In this document: positions 1-9,587 of the stretch, one piece after another | Layout of the letters: the number at the start of each line of letters is the position of its first letter | How positions within the stretch are numbered: position 1 is the stretch's first letter | Origin: an uncultured Rhizobium sp. | GTDB lineage: Bacteria; Pseudomonadota; Alphaproteobacteria; Micropepsales; Micropepsaceae | NCBI GenBank assembly: GCA_964465935.1 | Contig: CAYXMO010000001.1 | Location: 1 to 49,714 of the forward strand | Direction of reading: 5' to 3' | DNA length: 49,714 bases | The notes under the pieces: generated by a model | What the model was told of the DNA's origin: nothing | The model's input: only the letters and a program-made list of their open reading frames with translations | Databases searched by the model: none | Translations under genes and position numbers: made by a program

Positions 1-2
1 TG

Positions 3-275
3 GACCAGCTGGATGTCCGCGCCGCCGGCGGCGACCGCGCCGCCGCCGCGATCGTGGACATCCAGATCGCCGCGCTGGCGCAGGCAATCGATCAGATCGT
101 GACGGTTCTGGACCCCGACCGGATCACGCTCGGCGCCGGCCCCGCGCGCTATGGCGCGGTTGTTGCGGCGTTGCGGGCGCGTTTGCCGCCGGACACCGCG
201 CGCCGGCTCTTCGCCGACACGCTGGGCGACGACGGCCCGCTGATCGGTGCCGCGCTGCATGCCGCCGAGCGCTGA
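3..275 (+). CDS. ROK family protein (sugar kinase/repressor), C-terminal part; truncated by window edge
   Basis: Frame is open from the window start. LAQAIDQIVTVLDPDRITLG...LGDDGPLIGAA resembles the ROK C-terminal pattern (L.P..IVLGG...LG.DA.LIGAA). Confidence 0.65.
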   Translation, partial: DQLDVRAAGGDRAAAAIVDIQIAALAQAIDQIVTVLDPDRITLGAGPARYGAVVAALRARLPPDTARRLFADTLGDDGPLIGAALHAAER

Positions 276-315
276 CGCGCGCGCGGCCAATGTGGTGGTC
301 AGATTGGCGCGGCGC

Positions 316-1380
316 CTAGGCGCAACCCGCCTCGATCAGCACGAAGCCCTTGCGCGTCGGCGTCATGCGCCGCAGCGCCAGGCCGGCACCGGCGAGAAGT
401 TCGCGATATTCGCGCGCGGTCCGCTCGCGGCCGCCGATCGTCAGCATGGTGAGATCGCTGCAGACCAGGGTCTGATGAACCGGATCCTGCTCGATGCGGT
501 CGGGAAGCACCAGTTCGAGCAAGAGGACGGTGGCGCCCCCGGCCGCCACCTTCGCGCAGTTGCGCAAGATCGCCGACGCCCGCGCGTCGTCCCAGTCGTG
601 CACGACGAATTTCAGGAAATAGCAATCGTAGCCCGCCGGCAGCGCCGCGAAGAAATCTCCCGCGCGAAACCCGCCCCGGTCCGCCACACCGGCCTTTTCA
701 AGATGGGCGGCGGCGCCATCAGCCAGATAGGCGAGGTCGAAGACATCGCCGCGCAGTCCGCCGAAGGCCCGCAGCAAAACCGCAAGCACGCCGCCATAGC
801 CACCGCCGACATCGAGGACGCGGCCATAGCGGCCGAAATCGTGAACATCGAGGGCGTCGCGCACCGCGGCGACGCTGCTCGCAACCATGCTCAGGTGAAA
901 GGCATGGCGCGCCACCGGATCCTCGTTGAGCCGCTCGAAGCCATCCGTGCCGAAGGTGGTCGACGACGACGGCCGACCGGTCCGCACCACGTCGAGCAGG
1001 TCGCCGAACTGTTTCCACAGCGAGTCGCCGGCGAACATCACCTCGCCGCGGATCGAACCGGGCGTGTTCTCCAGCAGGAACCGTCCGTTTTCGCTCAGCA
1101 CGAACCGGCCATCGGGCGCGGCACTGCAGATGCCCAGCGATTGCAACGCCCGCATGAGCCGGGCGAGCGAGGCCGCGTGGCTCGCGGTGGCGACGGCGAG
1201 GCTGTCGATATCGTCGACACCCTGCGCCAGCAGGTCGGGGATGTTCAGACGCGCGGCGACGTTGAGAACCGGCAGGCCCCAGGAGAGATTCGCCAGGTCC
1301 AGCAGATATCGCGGCGGGTGCCCGAACCCGGCACCCGCAAGACGGGACGCGGTGGCGCTGTCGTCTTGCGGGAGAGCCAT
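316..1380 (-). CDS. SAM-dependent O-methyltransferase (Methyltransf_2/COMT-like, with N-terminal dimerisation domain)
   Basis: VLDVGGGYG SAM motif, GDFF, KFVVHDWDD, GGRERT..EY; N-terminal AARLNIPDLL...LARLMRAL. Confidence 0.9.
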   Translation of the reverse strand: MALPQDDSATASRLAGAGFGHPPRYLLDLANLSWGLPVLNVAARLNIPDLLAQGVDDIDSLAVATASHAASLARLMRALQSLGICSAAPDGRFVLSENGRFLLENTPGSIRGEVMFAGDSLWKQFGDLLDVVRTGRPSSSTTFGTDGFERLNEDPVARHAFHLSMVASSVAAVRDALDVHDFGRYGRVLDVGGGYGGVLAVLLRAFGGLRGDVFDLAYLADGAAAHLEKAGVADRGGFRAGDFFAALPAGYDCYFLKFVVHDWDDARASAILRNCAKVAAGGATVLLLELVLPDRIEQDPVHQTLVCSDLTMLTIGGRERTAREYRELLAGAGLALRRMTPTRKGFVLIEAGCA

Positions 1381-1408
1381 TTGGTTCAGAACCGTCGCCT
1401 CTGCGCGC

Positions 1409-1954
1409 CTAGCGCGGCGCCAAGACCATCATCATCTGGCGGCCTTCCATCTTGGGCCATTGCTCCATCTTGGCGACGGGCTCGACATCCTTGTGGACGC
1501 GATTGAGCAGGTCCATGCCCAGATTCTGATGCGCCATCTCGCGGCCGCGGAAGCGCAGCGTCACCTTGACCTTGTCGCCCTCGCCGAAGAAGCGCTTCAT
1601 CTGCTTCATCTTGGTGTCGTAGTCGTGGTCGTCGATCGTCGGGCGCATCTTGATCTCCTTGATCTCGATGACCTTCTGCTTCTTGCGCGCCTCGGCGGCC
1701 TTCTTCTGCTGTTCGTATTTGTATTTGCCGTAGTCCATCAATTTGACCACGGGCGGCTTGGCTTCCGGCGATACCTCGACCAGGTCGAAGCCTTTCTCGT
1801 CCGCGATGGCGCGCCCTTCGTCGAGCCCGATCTCGCCATACTTATGGCCGTCGTCTCCGATCAGAAGAATGGTGCGCGCGAAAATCTCCTCATTGACACG
1901 GGGGCCGTCCTTGGCTGGCGCCTTGTCCGGCTGCTGAAAACGTCTGGGGACTAT
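1409..1954 (-). CDS. infC: Translation initiation factor IF-3; probable non-canonical ATA start
   Basis: [56 protein letters not shown] at 1965-1961 lies 6 nt before an in-frame ATA at 1954. Confidence 0.97.
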   Translation of the reverse strand: MVPRRFQQPDKAPAKDGPRVNEEIFARTILLIGDDGHKYGEIGLDEGRAIADEKGFDLVEVSPEAKPPVVKLMDYGKYKYEQQKKAAEARKKQKVIEIKEIKMRPTIDDHDYDTKMKQMKRFFGEGDKVKVTLRFRGREMAHQNLGMDLLNRVHKDVEPVAKMEQWPKMEGRQMMMVLAPR

Positions 1955-2480
1955 GACTCTCTCCTGTGTTGGCCCACGCAAAGCCGCACGTCGCGAGGAC
2001 CTTCACCTGTGCCTCGCGAAACGTAGAGCGGTTCTTCGGGCGTGGGCGTGTGTCCTCAAGGCGTCGCGGGGGCGACGGTTGAAGCCTTAAGAATAGGCGC
2101 AAAGCTCAGATTCGCAAGGGCTATTGCGCCACATCCCGCCAGGATTCGGATGCCCCGCCGCGCCCGGACACGGCCCGGCCGGCAGCCTGCAAGCCGCCGG
2201 GCGGCCAGGATTTTTCGCCGCCGGGGCGGCGGATTTGCGCCGCCCCGTCCCGGCACCGGGCGCCGGTGCTGGCGCGCGGACGCGCAGGAGGGAAGTCAAA
2301 GGCAGACCGGCCCATGGCAGCGCTGCCGGCGCCGGATGCAGAAGACTTGCCAACGCACTGCTTCGGCCAATTCTTCAAAATACTTTGGACTTCACCTATA
2401 AACTCTGGCGCGTTGCTTAAAGTCGAATTCCAAGATTGTGACATTTTCTTCGGACAAGACATTTGGAAAGGGACAGAGCC

Positions 2481-4820
2481 ATGCCGGCCAAGAAGACAAC
2501 GCCTACGGAAAAGACTCGCGAGGCCGGGTTTCGCCCCCGGGTGGTCGTCAAGTTTCATGACGCCGTCCAGCTTCCCTATGTCGATGGCGTGGACAAGCAC
2601 ATCGAGGCGCTCAAGGCCGGTCCGTTCGAAGCGCTCAAGCGCGAGTTTCCGACCCTTCAGGTCAACCGCATGTTCGCCGCGGTGGACGCCAAGACGATCA
2701 CCGCGCTGGTCGACCGCGCGCGCAAGACCGATCCGCAATACCGCCCACCGAATCTTCTCACCTACTTCATCGCCGAGGCCCCCGGGTCGAAGGCCGAAGC
2801 GCTGCTCAAGGAATTGCTGAGCTGGGACACGGTCGAGACCGCCTATCTGGATACCCCGGCGTCCGATCCGCTGGTCGATGCCAGCGACGATCCGCGCGCG
2901 GTCAACCAGGGCTATCTCGATCCGGCGCCGACCGGAATCGACGCCCGCTTCGCCTGGACTCAGGCCGGCGGCGACGGCCAGAACATGAAATTCATCGACC
3001 TCGAGCAGGGCTGGACGCTGGACCATGAAGACCTGGTGGCGCATGGCGGGACCTTGCTGTTCGGCGTCCTGGTGGACGGCTCGCGGCCGCACGGCACGTC
3101 GGTCCTGGGCGAGGTCTGCGCCGTCGACAACACGCTGGGCGGCGTCGGCATCGCGCCGAACATCGCGTCGCTCAACGTCGTCTCGCACAGCGGCTCGCTG
3201 GCCAACGTGCCGGGCGCGATCGTGGCGGCGATCGCCAATTTGAACTTCGGCGACGTGCTGCTGCTGGAAGTGCAGACCACGCCGGCCAAGCTTCCGATAG
3301 AAGTCCAGGTCGCCTCGTTCGACGCCATCCGGCTGGCGACGGCGCTGGGCATCGTCGTGGTGGAGGCCGGCGGCAACGGCGCCAACGATCTGGATGCCTT
3401 CACCGCCGGCGGCCTGCATGTCCTCAACCGAACCAGCCCGGACTTCAAGGATTCCGGCGCGATCATCGTCGGCGCCGCGAGCTCGGCGGCGCCACACACG
3501 CGCCTGGGCTTTTCCAGCTTCGGCAGCCGGGTGGATTGCTATGGCTGGGGCGAAAACGTCGATACGGCCACATCGGACACCCTGGGCGCGACCAACCTCT
3601 ACACGACGGGGTTCAACGGCACCTCCAGCGCGTCGCCGATCGTGACCGGCGCGGCGCTGGCGACGCAGGGCATGGCCCAGGCCAGCCTCGGATTCCGCTT
3701 CAGTCCGCGCCAGTTGCGCGCGATCCTGAGCGCGCCGGCGAACGGAACGCCGTCCAGCACGCCGGCAACCGACAAGATCGGCGTGATGCCGAACCTGCGC
3801 CACATCGCCGAGTCCGTTCTCGCGGTCGCACCCGACGTCTATATCCGCGACTTCGTGGGCGATGTCGGCGATCCGCATGCCGGCGCGATCTCGGCCAGCC
3901 CCGACATCATCCTGCTCAAAGCCGTCGAGCCCAATCCCCAGACGGCGTTCGGCGAAGGCAGCGGCACGGAAAACAGCAATATGCTCGGCGCCGAAGCGGA
4001 GGCGGGCCAGGACAATTACATCTATGTCCGGATGCGCAATCGCGGCGGCTCCGCCGCGGCGAACGTCAAGGCCGATGTCTTCTGGAGCCCGCCGGCGACG
4101 CTGGTGACGCCGGATCTGTGGACGCTGGCCGGCAGCGTCACCGTGCCGTCGGTGCCGTCCGGCAACGTGCTGACGGTGTCGAACAAGATCACCTGGCCGG
4201 CGGCGCAGATTCCAGGCAGCGGCCATTATTGCTTCGTCGGCCTGATCGGCAACGCCGCCGACCCGGCGCCGGCGCCGGCGGCGTTCGCGGATTGGGCCAC
4301 CTACCAGCAGTTCATCCGCAACAACAACAACGTCACCTGGCGCAATTTCAACGTCGTCGACAACGATCCGAGCGCGGGTGCCGATCCGGATTATGCCGCC
4401 GCCGATTTCCTGGTCGTCGGCGCGCCGGACAAGGCGCGGCGCTTCGCATTCGAATCCGTCGCGCGGCTGCCGGAGGGCGCGCGCGTCCTGCTGCAAGCCC
4501 CCGAGTATTTCCTCGATGCCCTGCATCATCCCAAGGCACAGGCGAAACCGGACAAGGCGCGCAAGGCGGTGCGCGTCCCGCTCAATCCCCATGGCGCTTT
4601 CAATTGGGGCGAGGCCGAGCTTGGGGCGCGGGCGCGGATAGAAGTGCGGCTGCTGGTCTCCATTCCGAAGGTGCAGCGCAATGCCGCCTACGAGGTCTAT
4701 GTGCGCCAGATATATGAGGGCCAGGAGGTCGGACGGATCACCTGGCGTTTCGCGCCCAAGCCCAAAGCGGCGGCAAAGACGAAGCCCAAGCCCAAGCCCA
4801 AGGTGAAAAAGAAGAAATGA
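2481..4820 (+). CDS. S8 (subtilisin-family) serine peptidase with pro-region, C-terminal beta-rich domain and Lys-rich tail; no signal peptide seen
   Basis: Triad motifs FIDLEQG (D), HGTSVLG (H), GTSSASP (S); oxyanion EAGGNG. ATG 2481 follows GAAAGGGA. Confidence 0.88.
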   Translation: MPAKKTTPTEKTREAGFRPRVVVKFHDAVQLPYVDGVDKHIEALKAGPFEALKREFPTLQVNRMFAAVDAKTITALVDRARKTDPQYRPPNLLTYFIAEAPGSKAEALLKELLSWDTVETAYLDTPASDPLVDASDDPRAVNQGYLDPAPTGIDARFAWTQAGGDGQNMKFIDLEQGWTLDHEDLVAHGGTLLFGVLVDGSRPHGTSVLGEVCAVDNTLGGVGIAPNIASLNVVSHSGSLANVPGAIVAAIANLNFGDVLLLEVQTTPAKLPIEVQVASFDAIRLATALGIVVVEAGGNGANDLDAFTAGGLHVLNRTSPDFKDSGAIIVGAASSAAPHTRLGFSSFGSRVDCYGWGENVDTATSDTLGATNLYTTGFNGTSSASPIVTGAALATQGMAQASLGFRFSPRQLRAILSAPANGTPSSTPATDKIGVMPNLRHIAESVLAVAPDVYIRDFVGDVGDPHAGAISASPDIILLKAVEPNPQTAFGEGSGTENSNMLGAEAEAGQDNYIYVRMRNRGGSAAANVKADVFWSPPATLVTPDLWTLAGSVTVPSVPSGNVLTVSNKITWPAAQIPGSGHYCFVGLIGNAADPAPAPAAFADWATYQQFIRNNNNVTWRNFNVVDNDPSAGADPDYAAADFLVVGAPDKARRFAFESVARLPEGARVLLQAPEYFLDALHHPKAQAKPDKARKAVRVPLNPHGAFNWGEAELGARARIEVRLLVSIPKVQRNAAYEVYVRQIYEGQEVGRITWRFAPKPKAAAKTKPKPKPKVKKKK
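4782..4802 (+). repeat. (AAGCCC)x3.5 in-frame hexamer repeat encoding KPKPKPK
   Basis: Read directly: aagcccaagcccaagcccaag. Confidence 0.8.
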
Positions 4821-5122
4821 CGGTCCCGGCCTTGCCGGGCACCGGTGCGGAACCGCATAACGGCCAGCCGGGCAACTAGCGGTTCGCAAATTTCGCACCA
4901 CCACCACTACATCTTGCGCGGCCCTGGCCCCCGGCGCAGGGGAACCGCGGTTCGCTGCGCTTAACCTCGTCACAGCATCGCTGCGGACGGCATTGGCTTA
5001 CGCAGTATGATTGGCATCCTGACGCGGCGCTGGGCCACTTCACGCCTGCGTGCTGGTCTGCAATGGTGCGGCGCGGTACTGCCCAAATTGGGTTTCGGTC
5101 CGGCGTTCGGTGTGTGGGGCTC

Positions 5123-6589
5123 ATGAATATTCGCAGTACAGCGCAGACCGACCGATCCGAGCGGATCGGCCTCAGCGGCGCCTGGCGGCCGGATGTTCCG
5201 CTGCAGCAGGCCGCGTCGGCGGCGGCGCTGGCGGTCGACGCCGTTCTCATCGTGCTGCTGAGCATCGCGACCGGCGTCGCGTTTCAGTTCGCCGTGCGCG
5301 GCACGCCAGGCGACGTCGTGGGCGATGCCGCCGTCGGCGCGATCGTGGCGGTGCTGTTCTGCGGCCTGGTGCGCCTGCAGGCGCCGCGCGACGTTCGCGC
5401 CAGCGCGACACGGCTGGGGCGCGCCCGCATGGCGGCGGTGGCGTGGCTGGCGACCTTTCTGTTTCTCGTGGCGCTAGCCTTCAGCATGAAGATCAGCGCG
5501 CAATTTTCGCGCGGCGCGATTTTCAGCCTGTTCATCGCCGGACTGATCGCCGTGACCGCCTCGCGCGCGATGGCCCCCAGGCTCCTGGCGCGCTGGATGG
5601 CGAGCACCGCCTATCGCGGCCTCGAAGTGATCATCCTGGCGCCGCGTAGCGCCTTGGGAACCGCTGCGCTCCACGCCGAATTGAGCCATCAAGGCTGCAC
5701 CAGCATCCGGTCGATCGAATTCGACGATCGTTGCAGCGCCACCGCCTGGATTACCGAGCGCCGCCGCGTCCTGCAGGAGACCTTCAACGCCGCGCGCTCG
5801 GCCGCGCATGGCGAAATCTACGTCTTCGCCGGCGAGCTGCCGTTCGAGGCGGCGGCGGGACTGATGTCGGGCCTGCGGCTGATCCCCCGCGCCGTCTATT
5901 TCGTGCCCGACGACGAGGTCTCGGCCCTGCTGCAATATTCCGTCCACGGCATGGGCGGCGTGTTGGCGCTGGAAATGCAGAGGACGCCGATGTCGCGCCT
6001 GCAGCGCGGCTGCAAGCGCGCCCTCGACATCGCCATCGCCGGCACCATGCTGGTCTTCATCCTGCCGCTGCTCGCCGCCATCGCCGCCGCGGTCAAGCTG
6101 GATTCGAGCGGCCCCTTGTTCTTCCGCCAGACGCGCCTGGGCTATCGCGGACGGCCGTTCGAGATCCTGAAATTCCGCACCATGACGGTGCTCGAGGACG
6201 GGGCGCAGGTCACCCAGGCCTCGCGCGACGACCGGCGCGTGACCCGGGTCGGCCGCTGGCTGCGCCGTTCCAGCATGGACGAGCTGCCGCAGCTGTGGAA
6301 CGTGCTCAAGGGCGAGATGTCGATCGTCGGGCCGAGGCCGCACGCCGCCGCGCATGACGCGCATTTCGCCAAGCTGATCGAGAACTACGAGGTGCGCCAG
6401 CACGTCAAGCCCGGCATCACCGGCTGGGCCCAGGTTCATGGCCTGCGCGGCGAAACCCCGGTGCTCGACCTGATGTATCGCCGGATCGAGATGGATCTGT
6501 GGTATGCGAGCAATTGCAGCCTCGCGCTCGACATCCAGATCCTGTTCAAGACGATCGGCGCGGTGCTCGGCCAGGCCAACGCCTACTGA
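5123..6589 (+). CDS. Priming polyprenyl-phosphate glycosylphosphotransferase (WcaJ/WbaP-like)
   Basis: N-terminal TM helices, then KRALDI, FFRQTRLG, KFRTM, DELPQLWNVLKGEMSIVGPRP, KPGITGWAQV, DLWY (Bac_transf). Confidence 0.93.
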   Translation: MNIRSTAQTDRSERIGLSGAWRPDVPLQQAASAAALAVDAVLIVLLSIATGVAFQFAVRGTPGDVVGDAAVGAIVAVLFCGLVRLQAPRDVRASATRLGRARMAAVAWLATFLFLVALAFSMKISAQFSRGAIFSLFIAGLIAVTASRAMAPRLLARWMASTAYRGLEVIILAPRSALGTAALHAELSHQGCTSIRSIEFDDRCSATAWITERRRVLQETFNAARSAAHGEIYVFAGELPFEAAAGLMSGLRLIPRAVYFVPDDEVSALLQYSVHGMGGVLALEMQRTPMSRLQRGCKRALDIAIAGTMLVFILPLLAAIAAAVKLDSSGPLFFRQTRLGYRGRPFEILKFRTMTVLEDGAQVTQASRDDRRVTRVGRWLRRSSMDELPQLWNVLKGEMSIVGPRPHAAAHDAHFAKLIENYEVRQHVKPGITGWAQVHGLRGETPVLDLMYRRIEMDLWYASNCSLALDIQILFKTIGAVLGQANAY

Positions 6590-6631
6590 TCCGGCGCTCG
6601 CCAGCGGGGGCAAAATCGCTAGACTGCCGCC

Positions 6632-7165
6632 ATGCGTCGGACGCTCAACATCCATCCGGACTCGCGCAGCACGGCGGTGCGCGGCATCGAGGTCACCGCC
6701 GAACGCCTGCCCGGCGGCGTACTGGGGCTCGGCTATGCGGTGAGCGGCGCGATCGGCGCCTTGTGCCTGTCGGCACAGACCACCCCGGCGCGCACCGACG
6801 AGCTGTGGCGCCATACCTGCTTCGAAGCCTTCCTGCGCGCCGGCGATGGCTATTGCGAGTTCAACTTCGCGCCTTCGACGCAATGGGCGGCGTACCGCTT
6901 CGACGGCTACCGCGCCGGGATGCGGCCCATCGGCGAAGCCGCCGCGCCGCAGATCGACGTGCAGACGGCCGCAACGTCCCTTGCCTTGCGCGTCCATCTC
7001 GATCTCGGCGAATTGCCCGAGCTGCCGCGCGGCGCGCGCTGGCAGCTTGGCCTGTCGGCGGTGATCGAGGAAAAGGACGGCGGCAAATCCTATTGGGCGC
7101 TGGCGCATCCGCCGGGCCGTCCCGATTTCCATCGTTCCGACGGCTTTGCCCTCGAACTGGCGTGA
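6632..7165 (+). CDS. DOMON-like domain protein
   Basis: DELWRHTCFEAF, YCEFNFAPS..WAAYRFDGYR, SYWALAHPPGRPDFH. Confidence 0.8.
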   Translation: MRRTLNIHPDSRSTAVRGIEVTAERLPGGVLGLGYAVSGAIGALCLSAQTTPARTDELWRHTCFEAFLRAGDGYCEFNFAPSTQWAAYRFDGYRAGMRPIGEAAAPQIDVQTAATSLALRVHLDLGELPELPRGARWQLGLSAVIEEKDGGKSYWALAHPPGRPDFHRSDGFALELA

Positions 7166-7171
7166 GGCTCC

Positions 7172-8377
7172 ATGAAATTCGGCATCGACCGGCTGCTTGA
7201 CGAACCTGTGCTGCGCGCACCCCTTAAAGGAAAGCGCGTGGCGCTGCTCGCCCATCCCGCATCGGTGACGCGCGATCTGACGCATTCGCTCGATGCCTTG
7301 GCGGCGTGCGGCGACATCGCGCTGACGGCGGCGTTCGGGCCGCAGCACGGCCTGCGCGGCGACAAGCAGGACAACATGGTCGAGTCGCCCGACTTCACCG
7401 ATCCGGCGCTCGGCATCCCGGTGTTCAGCCTCTACGGCGAAGTGCGCAAGCCGACCGACGCGGCGATGGCGACGTTCGACGTCGTGCTCGTCGACCTGCA
7501 GGATCTGGGCTGCCGCATCTACACCTTCGTGACGACGCTGCGCTACATGCTGGAAGCAGCCGCCAAGCACGGCAAGGCGGTGTGGGTGCTGGACCGGCCC
7601 AATCCGGCGGGGCGGCCGGCCGAAGGTCTGACGCTGCGGCCCGGCTGGGAAAGCTTCGTCGGCGCCGGACCGATGCCGATGCGCCATGGGCTGACGCTGG
7701 GCGAGCTCGGCCTATGGTTCATCGCCACGCTCAAGCTGGATGTCGACTATCGCATCGTCGAGATGCAGGGCTGGCGGCCGGACGACGCGCCGGGGTTCGG
7801 CTGGCCGCTGGGGACACGGACCTGGGTCAATCCCAGCCCCAATGCGCCGAATTTGTGGATGGCACGCGCCTATGCCGGCACCGTGATGCTCGAAGGCACG
7901 ACGCTGTCGGAGGGCCGCGGCACCACCAGACCGCTCGAACTGTTCGGCGCTCCGGATATCGACGCCAGACGCGTGATCGGCGAGATGCGGGCCCTGGCGC
8001 CGCTATGGCTCGCCGGCTGCCGCCTGCGCGATTGCTGGTTCGAGCCGACCTTCCACAAGCATGCCGGCAAGCTGTGCAGCGGCGTGCAGATCCACACCGA
8101 GGACCCCGCCGGCTACGATCACGCGGCGTTCAAGCCCTGGCGCCTGCAGGCGCTCGCCTTCAAGGCGATCCGGCGGCTCCACCCGGACTATCCGCTGTGG
8201 CGCGACTTCGCCTACGAATACGAGCACGGCAAGCTGGCAATCGACGTGATCAATGGCGGCCCGCTGTTGCGCGAATGGGTCGACGATGCGGCGGCGGCGC
8301 CCGGCGATCTCGACGCGCTGAGCAAGCCGGACGAGGACGCCTGGACAAGCAGCCGGCAAACCTATTTGCGATATTGA
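7172..8377 (+). CDS. DUF1343 / NamZ-family exo-beta-N-acetylmuramidase
   Basis: FGPQHG, SLYG, DLQDLGCRIYTF, LDRPNP, RHGLTLGEL, PSPNAP, SEGRGTTRPLE. Confidence 0.88.
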   Translation: MKFGIDRLLDEPVLRAPLKGKRVALLAHPASVTRDLTHSLDALAACGDIALTAAFGPQHGLRGDKQDNMVESPDFTDPALGIPVFSLYGEVRKPTDAAMATFDVVLVDLQDLGCRIYTFVTTLRYMLEAAAKHGKAVWVLDRPNPAGRPAEGLTLRPGWESFVGAGPMPMRHGLTLGELGLWFIATLKLDVDYRIVEMQGWRPDDAPGFGWPLGTRTWVNPSPNAPNLWMARAYAGTVMLEGTTLSEGRGTTRPLELFGAPDIDARRVIGEMRALAPLWLAGCRLRDCWFEPTFHKHAGKLCSGVQIHTEDPAGYDHAAFKPWRLQALAFKAIRRLHPDYPLWRDFAYEYEHGKLAIDVINGGPLLREWVDDAAAAPGDLDALSKPDEDAWTSSRQTYLRY

Positions 8378-8389
8378 TGCGGCACGCAG

Positions 8390-8704
8390 CTATAGAGCGG
8401 GCGACCGAGGTTCGGAGGGCTCTATGTCCGGCGGATTCTCGGAGCGCGAACGCCGGCGCCGGCGTTTGCGCTTGCGCGGCCAAAGACGCAGCTTCACACC
8501 CGCCAAGCCATAGCCGGCGGCAGCGAGCGTGGCGAGTGCCAAGCCGGCAGTGTAAAATTTCGAGACCGGCTGGCCTTCATCGTTCAAGCTGATGGTAAAG
8601 CCCAGCACCATGATCCCGACGCCGATGCTGCCGGCGATCATAAAGAAGACGCGCCAGCGCCTGATGGCCTTTTTTCTTTTGGAAGACTGCTGCTTGAAAT
8701 CCAT
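8390..8704 (-). CDS. Small two-TM membrane protein with basic termini, unknown function
   Basis: ATG 8704; two hydrophobic segments flanked by K/R clusters; lies downstream of wza. Confidence 0.5.
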   Translation of the reverse strand: MDFKQQSSKRKKAIRRWRVFFMIAGSIGVGIMVLGFTISLNDEGQPVSKFYTAGLALATLAAAGYGLAGVKLRLWPRKRKRRRRRSRSENPPDIEPSEPRSPAL

Positions 8705-8908
8705 GGCAGGGCCAGCGCTTCTCGGTGCGTGATAAAGAGGCAAAGATTAATCCATGGACAGAGTCTCAGCCAGACGGGATGACCCATTTGGTAAACCAGG
8801 CCGCGGCGATGGCTATACGACGCGAACCGGCGGCCCGGATCAACCGCGGCTGACTCGTCCGCGCCTGGGGCGCAGCTATGTCGGTGAAATCCTGCCGGTC
8901 CGCCGGGT

Positions 8909-9472
8909 TTAGAAGAAGCGCTCGCCGACTCGGATGATGTCGCCCGGCTCGACGCGCGTGCTCTGATCGGCCGGGAGCTTGATCTCGGTGGTGCCGCCAT
9001 TGCGCCGGACATAGACCTCGCCGTCATCAGCCCGGAAGGTGAAGCCGCCCGCGAGCGCTACCGCATTGAGCACCGTCATGTCGTTCACATAGGGATATTC
9101 ACCGGGCTTGTTCACTTCGCCGATGATGTAGAAAGGCCTGTAATTGGTCACTTCGACGCTGACGCGGGGATCTTTGAGGTAGTCGCCGCTCTTGAGCGCA
9201 TCGGTGATCGCGGTCTCGAATTGCCGCACCGTCAGCCCCAGCGCCTTGACCTGGCCGATCAAGGGCAACTGCACCGTACCGGAACCATCGACCACGAACT
9301 CGCCGGAGAGGTCGGTCTGGCCGTAGACGGTGACTTTGACCTTGTCGCCGGCGCCGAGGCGATAGGTCAGGCTGGTCGAGCCCCCGGCCTGCGCCGAAGC
9401 GCGCTCCGCCGAGAACAGCACGGACGCCAAGGCAACCAGCGCCAAGAGCAGCGCCGCCGCGACCGACTTCAT
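8909..9472 (-). CDS. wza: Short polysaccharide export protein (OPX/Wza family, Poly_export + SLBB)
   Basis: Signal peptide, YRLGAGDKVKVTVYG, VDGSGTVQLPLIG, FYIIGEVNKPGEY, AVALAGGFT, PGDIIRV; AAAGGGA RBS. Confidence 0.9.
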   Translation of the reverse strand: MKSVAAALLLALVALASVLFSAERASAQAGGSTSLTYRLGAGDKVKVTVYGQTDLSGEFVVDGSGTVQLPLIGQVKALGLTVRQFETAITDALKSGDYLKDPRVSVEVTNYRPFYIIGEVNKPGEYPYVNDMTVLNAVALAGGFTFRADDGEVYVRRNGGTTEIKLPADQSTRVEPGDIIRVGERFF

Positions 9473-9587
9473 TGCAGTCCCTTTCGGCTTGGAGCGCCTA
9501 AACCACCCCGGATTCGAGAACGAATACAGTATCATGCGGCCATGCCTATAATGGGTATTGCAACTTGGGTAAACAAATCCCGGCGCC

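Noticed and set aside
2438-2447. GTGACATTTT shared with 38587-38596, upstream of the S8 gene and of rmlB
   Set aside because: Only two copies, in opposite orientation relative to their genes, and not palindromic; chance cannot be excluded.
4821-4844. Hairpin after the S8 stop (CCCGGC-CTT-GCCGGG)
   Set aside because: No U-tract, so not called as an intrinsic terminator.
2121-4973. 950-aa minus-strand ORF, and similar long ORFs (247-1506, 5474-7687, 10951-12516, 19356-21122, 25360-27126, 34373-35995, 44846-46486)
   Set aside because: These are shadow or alternate-frame ORFs over genes with clear motifs. They are Arg/Ala/Gly-rich with no recognisable family, as expected from high-GC codon bias.
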